A stretch of 63,224 nucleotides of DNA, the filler included, from Pirum gemmata (lineage: Eukaryota), in assembly GCA_002812295.1 (NCBI GenBank). It is 13 parts of 13 records of this genome, joined end to end, with 100 filler letters (N's around TTAATTAATTAA, not from the genome) between each part and the next. Parts side by side here need not be neighbours in the genome. Positions count along the whole stretch, not along the records: positions 9,205 to 13,666 come from PDIN01001000.1; positions 13,767 to 18,421 come from PDIN01001001.1; positions 18,522 to 23,171 come from PDIN01001002.1; positions 23,272 to 27,866 come from PDIN01001003.1; 9 more parts are not named here. One strand, given 5' to 3'. Within the stretch, counting starts at the first letter, position 1. Each line of letters starts with the position of its first letter. Below, one piece after another: positions 13,099 to 24,758 of the stretch. The notes beneath the pieces were generated by a model. The model was not told the DNA's origin. It saw nothing but the letters and a program-made list of their open reading frames with translations, and searched no databases. The position numbers were made by a program, and so were the translations under genes.

Positions 13099-14217
13099 TT
13101 ATGATAATAATAAAAAAACTACGATATCATAGTAAAAAAAAAAAAAAAGTAAAAAATCATATTAAAAAAAAAAAAAAAAAACTAGTCATTATCATTATCG
13201 TTATCATTTTGTCATAGGTATTCTCACTATTGTTATTATTGTTACCAGTAGTATGTCTATCATACTATAGTAATTATGAGTATTATCAGTATTCCACAGT
13301 AGAATCCATTCTTTCATTTTTCAATATTCTTTAATTTTTCAATATTGAATAATTATCGCTGTCGCTTTAGATATCATCATTATTGTTATTAGGTAACAGT
13401 GTGACTATTATAGCAATTATGAGTATTGTTAGTATTCCACAGTAAAATCCATACTCTTCTTTAATTTTTCAATACTAAAATACTTTTTTTTAAACCGAGA
13501 ATGATCCTTAACATTATTGGTGATATCTTTTGTGATATCCTTGCAAGTAAAGTAAAAACATTGCCTTCCTGGGGTAAGTTTATATTCATGTTATCTTCAT
13601 ACATATGTTAGTGCATACACATACACCCACACTGGGGTTTAGGGTTAGGGTTAGGGTTAGGGTTAGNNNNNNNNNNNNNNNNNNNNNNNNNNNNNNNNNN
13701 NNNNNNNNNNTTAATTAATTAANNNNNNNNNNNNNNNNNNNNNNNNNNNNNNNNNNNNNNNNNNNNAATAATAATAATAATATTAATATTAATAACAATA
13801 ACAATAATAGTAATATAATTGATAATAATAGTAATAATAATAGTAATTATAATAACAATAATAACAATAATTATAGCAATAGTAATAGTACTAACAATAA
13901 TAATAACAATAATAACAATAATTATGATACTAATAATAATACATATTAATTAGTAACCAATATGATAAATAATAATAATAATAATAATAACAATATTAAT
14001 TACATTAATAATATAGTTTATTGCAAAAAGGGCTATTGAATATACTTATAATGATGTGGTTTATAATGTCACTGCTCCTGTTGATTTGGCAATGGTAGAA
14101 GAAAAAGAACGTTGCTCAATAGTAAATTTTATTATTACTCTTCTTATCATTATCATCATAATTATTATCGTCCTTATCATCATCATCATTATTATACTTA
14201 TTATTATTATTTTTATA

Positions 14218-14264
<47 letters not shown>

Positions 14265-14534
14265 CAACAATGTTTTCTTGTTTATACCATTATACCATTA
14301 TTGTGTTATAATTGTTACATTAATATTAATATAACAATAATAATAACAATAACAACAACCTTTTCTTATTTATACATTCCACCATTATTGTATTTTAATT
14401 GTTACATTAGCATTAACATAACAATAACAATAACAATAACAGCAACAATAATAACAACACCAATTATAATATTAGCAATTAGAATCATGATAATAATAAT
14501 AATACTAGTTAATTATTTTTTTGATTTTAATGTT

Positions 14535-15330
14535 AATAATTATAAAACTGTATTAGCGAACCGGTTTGTGTTGAAGTGCTTAAAAGCTCCACGTGTACCT
14601 GCTCTTGAAAAGAGAATGATCGCTAACATGGGCCTAACGAAGGTACCTGGGATCGTAGTTAACAAAACGAGAAAATAAAAAGTCAACCTGGATCTTAATA
14701 AGTTTAAGCGGGGGTTTTCTTTGCCCTTATCTTTTTGATCATGCTGTCATATGTTGGAAAATCTGCAATTTCGAATTTTAATAATAATTGTAAAACTGTG
14801 TTAGCGAACCGATTGGTTGTGAAATGCTTAAAATTGATTGTTAAAACGAGCCACACGAAGGCATCTGGGCATGTAGTTAGCAAAACGGGAAAGCGGGCTT
14901 TTCTTTGCCCTTATCTTTTTTATCATAGTGTCATATGTTCCGAAATTTGCAATTTCGGGTTTTAATATTAATAATTATAAAAATGTGTAGGCGAACCGAT
15001 TGGTTTTGAAGTGCTTAAAAGCTCCACGTGCACCTTCTCTTATGAAGAGATTGATCGGTAAAATGAGCCACACGAAGGCACCAGGGCTTGTAGTTAACAA
15101 AACGGGAAAATAAAAAATCGGTCATAGTGACATATGTTTGAAAATCTGCAATTTTGGTTTTTAATACTTCCATAATTATAAAACTGTGTTCGCGAACCGA
15201 TTTGTTTTGAAGAGTTTAAAATCTCCGCATGTACCTGCTCTTGAGAAGAGATTGATCGTTAAAATGGGCCTCACGACGGCACCCGGGATTGTAGGAAAGA
15301 AAATAAAAATCCCATCTGGATCTTTAAAAA
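14535..15330. repeat. Diverged tandem repeat of about 190-250 bp, four copies
   Basis: AATAATTATAAAACTGTGTTAGCGAACCGATT-like start recurs at about 14535, 14781, 14970 and 15172, with internal deletions. Confidence 0.85.
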
Positions 15331-15804
15331 TGCACAATTATAACCCACCCGAATAACATGTAACTTTTGGGGAAACCTCAAAAACAAAAAAGTCATGGGC
15401 ATGTTTTGGTCAACAAAAATCTTGGGAAGACTAATAGCCCGAAAGTCTAAAAAAGGACAATATCAGGGCTAGTAGATACAATTTAGGTCACGAAAAATAT
15501 CGGGAAGATCGATAGCCCGAAAGCCTAAAATAATTTGATTGTAATTTGCTATTATTAAATAATTTAGGTCGCCAAAAATCTCGGGTATCAATAGCCCAAA
15601 AGCCTAAAATACTACCGTAATTGATGTTTTTTTAATAAATAATAATAATGTAATTAAAAAATAGTAATTTTTTTATTTTTATATTTATATTTATTTTTAT
15701 TGGAATAGGATAGTGTTTATTGTTTTTTATGGTGGTTTTTGTGCTTGTGATTATTTTATTTTTTAATAAAAATATTTTTATATTTTGAAATAATACGATA
15801 ATGC

Positions 15805-17736
15805 TTAATGTTTTTCACGGTGGTTTCTGTGCGTGTGCTTGTGCTTGTGCTTGTGCTTGTGATTTTTTACATGTACAGCGTTCAACTTTTGATAAATAAC
15901 ATCGTATTTATCGTGGGTTACTACATCCAGCTTCATGCCTTGGCTTTCCCAAAGCTTTGAGCAAGTTTTTGTTAATCCAGTTATATACTCATTTTCAATT
16001 ACATCAATACAAGGACTTGCATAAGCTCCAAACAATTCCTTACAAGATGCCTTATTATTAGAAGCCCATTTTGAAGTTTCCTTATACTTAATAATATGAT
16101 CAGTCTCTTTACATTCTACTTGTGTCAAGCACAGTTGTTGTTCAATAACATTGCTATATATATTCTCACACTCACTTGCAATATGTGTGTTATTAATAGC
16201 TTGAGCTTCATTTTGTTGTAATTCGTGATTTTCTTGTTGTTGATGCTTATGCTTATTAGAACGGTGCCTGCGGTGCCTCTGGTGTTTATGTTCTGCATCA
16301 CGTCTTCTATTTCTATTTCCACGACACTCATTTTGCATTCTACTATTGTTTTCCCAAGAAACGGTTGCATAACTATAACCTCTACCTCCAATTGTGGATA
16401 TATCAATAACTTTTCTAGTAGTCCAGTCAATATTAGTTTGTCTCACAGTTCTATCATCCCTGTGGACTGCATCTTTGTGCAAACCAAGGAGTGGGGAATC
16501 AATGTTAAATTCACAGCCAGCCTCGTTATCATTAAAATCCATTACCCGATTAAAATCTGGACAAAACACATTCTCTTTTACAAACCAAGTAGGAGCATTA
16601 TAATCATTATGACATTCTTGTTGTGCAGACCAAATCAAATCCATAAATACATGATGCAATATAAACAAAGGGTCAGCGGGTGATGACATTCCACCCATTG
16701 TTCCGCCAATATTATTATGAGGACGTGCGTGGGATGGGGACATACTACTATCAATTACATTTAGAGTTGGGGCTCGAAGGATATCAGATACCAATTCGTT
16801 AGTGGTAGGGAATCTACTTGATGTTCTACCTCCTTCTCGGTAAACACAACGGTTATCAGCTTCACGGACCGCATGTTGAAACGGACTACCTCTACAAGAA
16901 CTTTGACAGTTATCACAAACGTGGAAATCTTGAACTACAACCGAATCAAGTGGGTCATAATGACGACTATCTAAACTATTGTCCCAGAACGGTAATGACA
17001 AACATTCAAACTCACCACCTAAGCTTCGAATTTGTTCTTCAAATTCAAAAACGAAAGCTCGATGCCACGGTAAAAAGCCTACTCCTTCATCATGAGCGTA
17101 AATTTTATAACCATAATTATCACCATATTCATGAATACTTTGAAAAGATAAAAATTCTCCTCGACGAAGTAATTCGTTTATGGCGCGGAAATAACGTTCT
17201 TGTTCTGCTCGCGTTAATGAACGCCATTCTTTTCGTATGTTATCACATCCTACTGGTTCAGTAACAGGGGGTTCAGTAATAGGGGGTTCAGTAATAGGGG
17301 GTTTAGTAATAGGGGGTTTAGTAATAGGGGGTTTAGTAATAGGGGGTTTAGTAATAGGGGGTTTAGTGATAGGAGGTTTAGTGGTAGGAGGTTTAGGGTT
17401 AGTAATAGGACCACAAGTTAATGCACAACGACTTGAGGTCATTTTATAATAACGATGACTTGGTTCACAGTAGCCTTTTTGTAGGTAAGTATCACAGGTA
17501 GATCTCCCTAAAGCATCGCAATTATCCTCACAACCGGCCAGGCATCTATTTTTTCCACACTCTTGATCACAAGTTCCACATGTTCGCATGCAATGGTATC
17601 TACCGTCTAAAGTATTGCACATACCTGGTTCTGAACAGTCGAAAAGACCAGTATCGGTACAGATAAAACGCTGTTGGGCACTAACAGTAGCGCTTAATGT
17701 AAACATTAATCCTATTAAGTTATTAACAGTACTCAT
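15805..17736 (-). CDS. Secreted tyrosinase (type-3 copper protein) with two N-terminal ShK-like Cys domains and a PPITK repeat linker
   Basis: Likely start MSTVNNLIGLMFTLSATVSA (signal peptide). ShK-like C...CxxTCG motifs occur twice. CuA region IH...AHDEGVGFLPWHR; CuB region HARPHNNIGG...SPADPLFILHH. Single exon. Confidence 0.9.
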   Translation of the reverse strand: MSTVNNLIGLMFTLSATVSAQQRFICTDTGLFDCSEPGMCNTLDGRYHCMRTCGTCDQECGKNRCLAGCEDNCDALGRSTCDTYLQKGYCEPSHRYYKMTSSRCALTCGPITNPKPPTTKPPITKPPITKPPITKPPITKPPITKPPITEPPITEPPVTEPVGCDNIRKEWRSLTRAEQERYFRAINELLRRGEFLSFQSIHEYGDNYGYKIYAHDEGVGFLPWHRAFVFEFEEQIRSLGGEFECLSLPFWDNSLDSRHYDPLDSVVVQDFHVCDNCQSSCRGSPFQHAVREADNRCVYREGGRTSSRFPTTNELVSDILRAPTLNVIDSSMSPSHARPHNNIGGTMGGMSSPADPLFILHHVFMDLIWSAQQECHNDYNAPTWFVKENVFCPDFNRVMDFNDNEAGCEFNIDSPLLGLHKDAVHRDDRTVRQTNIDWTTRKVIDISTIGGRGYSYATVSWENNSRMQNECRGNRNRRRDAEHKHQRHRRHRSNKHKHQQQENHELQQNEAQAINNTHIASECENIYSNVIEQQLCLTQVECKETDHIIKYKETSKWASNNKASCKELFGAYASPCIDVIENEYITGLTKTCSKLWESQGMKLDVVTHDKYDVIYQKLNAVHVKNHKHKHKHKHTHRNHREKH

Positions 17737-17740
17737 GATT

Positions 17741-17795
<55 letters not shown>

Positions 17796-19084
17796 AACTA
17801 TTATTATTATTATTATTAACAATAAAGATAAGCATTTTATATCAAATGGGTTAGGAAAAAACCTCCGATGTGGAATTTAATATTTTCTTTTCGAAACTTT
17901 GGTTTAACAGAATATTCCTCGGATAAACTTTCTAATAATTCATTTTCTAAAACCCCAAGGGCATAGTTTCCCATTAAGCTGATACCATCAGAGATATTTC
18001 GTGTCCGAATCATTTTCAAAAATTTCAAAGAATAATTCAGGCTCATACCAATATTAAGGAAGCAAAATCCAAACCTTCGTTCAATATTTTCAGCTGTGGG
18101 GCTAAGCAAACAATCAAATTCAAGCATTGAAATAAATTTATCTATTATATTTTTACATTTGTAAGCCAATATAAATGAAAAGTATATTCATGATTCTGAA
18201 GTGTCGTACCAAAGAGAAAAAAAATGATGGTAACAAAAAGCAATATGAAAATTGAAATGAAGTGCTTATCAAATGAAAATAAAATAAGTATTTATAGAAG
18301 CACTGTGGCATTCTTTTAAAAATATTTTCATGTTGGTATAAATAATAATAATAGGCAATAACAATAACAATAATAATAATAAATAATAATAAATAACAAA
18401 AAAGAGCAACAACAAATAATANNNNNNNNNNNNNNNNNNNNNNNNNNNNNNNNNNNNNNNNNNNNTTAATTAATTAANNNNNNNNNNNNNNNNNNNNNNN
18501 NNNNNNNNNNNNNNNNNNNNNAACCTACAGCAAGACTATCGATACAAGCTACGAGATAGAGCCAGACTGATAGCAGTATATAGCCTGATATCATATTATG
18601 ATACATAATCTATCGGCATCAGACGATACTAGCTAGACTCCTGAGCTAGACTCTACTAGACAACTGCTCACTGCAAGCTCCCTAAATTCCCAGCCTAGAC
18701 TAGCTAGAATTCCTGATATCTACCTGATATCTACTACTACAGCTACTACTATCATACTAGCTAGCTAGCTATCCCGATAGTAGTGTAGCTACACTGTAGC
18801 TACATTAGTCTATCAATAGCTACTAGCTAGAGTTGCTCTAACTAAACATCTATCATATCGATATCATAGAACTAAACATTACTAGATTACTAGCTGGTCT
18901 AGCTCTAGCTAGCTGGCCTATCTGGTCTACACTGAGCTGGTTTACTACTGCTTGCTAGCTAGTAGTAGCTAAGTGGTCCATCATCAATCCTGATGGTATC
19001 TTTGATAGCTATGCTATGATATGATAATATTGATAAGTATCATATCGATAGTTACTCATAGTAACACACACAGTATATATAGGC

Positions 19085-20030
19085 TAGTTTATTATTAGGA
19101 ACAAACGTTAACAGACCCATATTTCTATAACCAAAGAACAATACAACTGCTAATCAGACTATATTATGATATTATTATGAAAAGTACAACAAGTAAAAAC
19201 CCAACGACAATCAAATAATTTAGCTTATACCAAAATTACGAAACAAGTCAGCAAACTACAACTATAATTAACTATATAATTAACTGTAACCTACTTCCCC
19301 TCCTTTTTCTGAACCTTTTTCTCAAGAAAAGGGAAAACAGGCCCTTTTTTATTATTCTACATAATACTATAATATATCGATATATCAATAATAAATATAC
19401 TTGGAGTCTTGGACTCGTATTCCGCTTGGACACGTTGCGGAGGACCTCTCAGTTATTTATAAGTAATTATTTACATTTTTTTTTTGTTCTTTTGTTGTAG
19501 AAATATTGGTTTTTATTTTTAAACTTATTATAGCGTTGTAGTCGTTGTTGTGGATATTGTTGGGGTTGTCGTCTATATTCGGATTTATATGTATCGATAA
19601 TATTTTTTTGATGTAGGTTAGCCATTCTAGCTAGTCTAGTCTTACAGGTTTGTCTATGATATGTTCAAAGATTTTTAGTTTGGCTTCTGATGGGAATTCT
19701 TCGGAACAGTATTGACAAAGGTTGGGTTTTCGGCGTCCACTGTCTTGTTGGTTTTCTTTGGGTTAGTACCCTACATTACATATAAATACGAATATAGACA
19801 ACAACGACTACAATGCTATAATTACTAGGAACAAAGTTTAAAAACCAATATTTCTACAACAAAAGAACAATATAGACCAAAAAGTCTATTAATTTATGGT
19901 ACCATTATGAAAAGTGCAACAAGCTAAAACCAAGTGACAATTTTAAATCATTATCTTACACCAAAGTATTATGAAACAAATCAACAAATTACAACTAGCA
20001 AATTACAACTTTAATTTAACTATATAATAT
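19085..20030. repeat. Dispersed repeat family G, three partial copies (direct, inverted, direct)
   Basis: 19085-19290 resembles 19800-20030, and 19480-19770 is a partly overlapping inverted copy. Further copies at about 43130-43640 and about 20850-20940. Confidence 0.65.
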
Positions 20031-20239
20031 CATATTTTAATTATTAAAACTGTATTACACCCTCGCAACTGAGGTGGGTGGGTGGTGGGGTAGAGTCGCT
20101 AGTAGCAGCTAGCTAATTACTGCCATTTACTGCTCCATTTTTTTTTTTTTTTTTTCAACTAGAGGACTACAATGCCTACTAGACCGGGCTCTACGATGCG
20201 GCATCTCTACTAGCTAGTAGACTCTGGCGACACCTGCTG

Positions 20240-20692
20240 CATGAGCTCAAAACCCCAAAAATCTCAAAATGATCCAATTTTAATGAAAATACTACCAAAT
20301 TTTGAGAAATAATATAACTAAAAAAACTCTATTATGAACCAATTGCTAGCTTTAAAAAATAATTTAGCTAGTTTAAATAGCATTTTAAAACGGATTTTTA
20401 GAAAAGAAGCTACAAGCTGTTCCACAGTTTCATACTAGTTTCATCCGGCTTTTTTTTTTTTTTTTACAGCTGGCTAAGCCGGATAAAACTGTAAAATCAT
20501 TTTTAGACTTCTTTTCTAAAAACCTTTAATTTTAATTAGCCAAATTATTTTTAAAAACTTCCCATTGGTTCATAATAGAGCTTTCTTAGTTAGAAGATTC
20601 TCAAAATTTAGTAGCAATTTTATTATAATTGGATCGTTTTGTGATTTTTGGATTTTGAGCTCATATCGGCTGTCGCCATTTTTATCCGGCTT
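20240..20692. repeat. Dispersed repeat family D (about 210 bp), here two copies in inverted orientation
   Basis: Shared core GAGCTCA...AACTCTATTATGAACCAA...AGAAAAGAAG...TTTATCCGGC. Also at about 8855-9070, 33770-33955, 34058-34310 and 40140-40395. Confidence 0.75.
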
Positions 20693-21899
20693 GGTAAAAA
20701 AAAAATTAATACCATAATAAAATATAATAAAGGATTTTACTAATATCAAAGCTATGCATAATATAAATGATCGAAAAAAAAAATTAATATAATATTATTA
20801 TTTATTTTAAATAAATAGATAAAATTTCATTAGAAAAAAAATCGTTATAGCCTAACCTTTTCAATGTCAATACTGCGACTCAATTACATAGACACTAAAA
20901 ATCTTTGAACATGGACAAACCTGTATTTAAGACTATCGATTAGATGTAAGACAGTAAGAGCATATTTCGAGTATACTGTATATATTTCGCACAAACATCA
21001 ACAAAATTAATATCAACAAACTATCAACAAGCCATCAAAAAAATTGACTTGAGAATTTTTTTTTCGAAACTATTGATTTGTTATAATAACTATCACATTA
21101 TTGATAAAGGGTAACAGGGTTGATACAGTTTTTAAGTTACAACTTTTACAAAATTAACTTCTTTTATGATAAAATGTTATATATTAATAATAACTAATAT
21201 ATATATTTATGATAGTATAATGTATAGCATGTATATGATGTACATCATATCAGGATAATGTGTATGTATAATGTATGCATCATATGATAGAGAGAGTTAT
21301 CAAATACACTGGTATATAAGACCTACTCATAGCTAGATCTTTCATCCTTCGCGCATTTTATCCGATTTTAACGAAAAATTCTTATCGTACACTGGAAAGA
21401 CTCTGGAAAGAGGTAACTACTAGCTAGCTAGCTAGAGCTAGGTAGGTAGCTATACTGTAGCTATCGATAGCAGTTTCAGCTATGATACTAGAGCTAGTAG
21501 CTAGCTAGATAGTAGCTAGAGAGAAGTAGACTAGCGAACTATCATTAATTTTGTAGTGGACCAGCGTAGTGGGTTCGGAGTGGACCGGGCAGACATGAAG
21601 ACCAGACTTTTTCTACAGCTAGTCTATAGCGAATCGAATCTATCGGTAGCACTGAAATTTAAAATACTGGTCTTATTATAAATAAATCACTGGTGGGGGG
21701 TCACCAAGAGGTCTTTTTATTATTTTTTAAAAATTTTTTAGAAATATCATATATATCAGTTCTTGTCCAGGTTCTTGTCTTTATCACGAGGTCTTTATAA
21801 TCAAGGTAGTCAAATCTAGGAAAAATCAAGGAAAGGGAAATCGTTAATTAAAACTACACAATCACTAGTACATACACTATATTTATTAGATTGTGATTT

Positions 21900-22929
21900 A
21901 TTCAAACTGAACCAGCTTGGAAAACAGGTCACTAACAGTAAAAAACCACACCGGTTTCTAATAATGCTACTAATTGACGTAGAAAGGGCTTTCGATAAAA
22001 TATGGAACAAAGGGCTCCTGTACAAACTAAGTAAATTAGGCATACTAGACTATTTAGGCCACTGGATGGAAAACTATCTGACAAACAGAACCTATAAAAC
22101 GAAATACAAGTGTACAATCTATATTATGCGATATAACGTCAGGAGTCCCACAGGGTTCGATTCATCTATGACTTGCCCGACATAGTCAAACTCAAATCGA
22201 ATATGGAAGCAACACTCTTCGCTGATGATGCAACCTTTTTTAATTCCCACTCCACCAAATCACAAGCCCAAAAAGACACCCAAGAAGCGCTCAACCAAAT
22301 ACAACACTGGATGGACAAAATTTAATGGTATACAAAAATAAGCATAACAAAAGCTTAGCTCACTTCCTAATAATTAAGGATACACCAATCAAGCTTGAAC
22401 TATACTATGACGGCAAATCAGTAACAGCAACAATCAACCCCAAGCTACTAGGATATCACCTTGACAAAGATCTTAATTACCAATACCACCTATCGCAAAT
22501 CACAGCCAAACTAAATAACTAGCTTCGCTTCCTACTTAGACTGAAAGGTACAAACTGGGGTGCTAATCCGATAACACGACTACAAACATATAATCTCTAA
22601 TGCGCCCAATTACCGAATATTCAGCAATAGCCATCCTAATGATGACACCAAGTGAAAGGAAACAACCAGAAATAATACAAAACAAAGCAATGAGACTAAT
22701 CACCAATACACGCCAAGTAGACCACATCAAAATCCCAACATTACAAAATCTAACAGCTCTGCCAACAATTGAAGACAGATCAATAGAATTAGTACACAAC
22801 CAAGCAACAACTCACAACACCCCAATAATCGAACTAATACATTCCTATCACAACAATAGTATATGTCGCAATATGAAAAAAGGCCGCCCTTATGACAAAA
22901 ACAATAGTCAATCACCAACAACATTATGA
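21900..22929 (+). mobile_element. Degenerate non-LTR retrotransposon reverse transcriptase (pseudogene)
   Basis: RT motifs occur in shifting frames: LLIDVERAFDKIW, GVPQGS (about 22142), FADDA (about 22218), KLLGYHLD, GTNWGA, RPITEYS, IQNKAMRLIT. Stops and frameshifts are present. Confidence 0.85.
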
Positions 22930-24758
22930 ATGAAACTAGAGTTACATGTATCGGATATGTAAACAAGGACTTTTTCTGGGCCTTATATTTTCGGGGGGGG
23001 CTGCAATTTTTTCTTTTAGTATATAATTCAGTGATGTCAACGTTCGCCGGACAAAGCACTTTTTCAGTGTTCGTCCGGCTTCGGACATGTCCGAGAAACT
23101 TTACGGACGCCCGGGCATCTGGTCGGGCGGGCCCGAAATTTTACTCGGGCAAAAATCCAAAAATACTTAATNNNNNNNNNNNNNNNNNNNNNNNNNNNNN
23201 NNNNNNNNNNNNNNNTTAATTAATTAANNNNNNNNNNNNNNNNNNNNNNNNNNNNNNNNNNNNNNNNNNNNAAAAAAAAAAAACTAAAAAAAAAAAAAAA
23301 AAGAACCTCTAGAGAAAAAGAACAGTTTTTTAAAAATAATAATATGTAGACTATCAATATTCATATCATACTAATAATAAAAAAAAAAGCACTGAAAAAA
23401 GCACAGCAAAAAACTGCGATAACATCTAGAAAGAATTTTATTTATCGATCTTGATTCTTGATTGAATCTTGATAGTTTCAAAGACTTTCAAGAGTCTTTC
23501 AAGTTTCAACTATGAAAAAACTTTTCAATTATTACGGTTACGATTACGATTACGATTATTATTATTATGATATTATTATTATTTATTATTTTAATATCAT
23601 ATTATTATTATAAAATTTTATTATGACTGGAGTTCTGTGGGAAAAACCATCGAATCGAGATTAGTTCGAAACTTTCAAAAATTTCGATCTAATTTGAAGT
23701 CCTTGCTCACTCACTTTGAAAAAACTTTCAAGAAACTCAAAAAAAAAAAGAGTAATCTATTGTGCTTTTCATTTATTTTGTCACCCCGAATATTTATTTG
23801 GTTGTTTATAATATTTTCTTTGATACTTTTAAATAAATACATATATAATAAAATATACCAAATTAAATGAAATGGATTTATATTGTATCAATTTGGTACT
23901 CTTTATTGTATATTTTATGACGATAATAATATTATTAGTCTATCATTTCAAAATTGTCACTATTTAATACGATAACAAGGATCGAGCTGTTTGATTCGAT
24001 TATGTTTTCCTGTATCTCCCTCACTGGTATCGATCGAGTTTTATGCTAAAAAGGAGTTACTAGCTAGCTAGCTAGGCTAGTAGCCAGCTAGTAGTAGGCA
24101 GAGGAAGGATTTATTTTTTTAACTATAGGGAAAAACTAATTAGTAAAAAAAAAAAAAATCAGAATAACATCGACAATAATTATCATAATTATGACAAAAA
24201 AAAAATTATTATAATAAAAAATAAATAAATATTAATTGTTCATTTATTTATTTATTTATTTATTTGTTTATTATAAACATTGATAATAATTTTCTAACTA
24301 AAATTGTTATTATAATAATAATACTAATATATTTGCCGCTGTATCGGTTTATTCTTTGATAACGATTACCATAAGAAAATGAGATTTTTCTCGTTCCAAA
24401 TAGTTATGTCAATTATGAATTGTTACAGCGGTTTGTATGCATCGATAATTCATTATTACAATTTAGGAGAATTTTTAGATAGCGATTCGGATATTTTTTT
24501 AACTCACCGATTGAAACAATATATTAATTAGGTATTTTTAGTGAAGAAATGAAGTCTACGGAAATTTTGAATACTTCGATGTACATGTATATAATATATA
24601 ATGATATAATGATATAATTATATATATTCCTGATAATAATTTATAAATAATAATAATAATTCATAAAATATATATAAATAATAAATAACAGTTGCAAATA
24701 ATATTTAATTATAATAATAATATGCATAATAATATTAATAATATACATAGTATAAATA

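Noticed and set aside
16125..17449. Overlapping antisense and alternate-frame ORFs within the large genes
   Set aside because: They are shadows of the real coding frame.
17737..17835. Poly-Asn N-terminal extension of the tyrosinase
   Set aside because: It is an (AAT)n tract. The Met at 17736 gives a proper signal peptide.
17837..18169. 110-aa ORF upstream of the tyrosinase
   Set aside because: It has a non-ATG start and no recognisable domain or splice link, so it cannot be supported.
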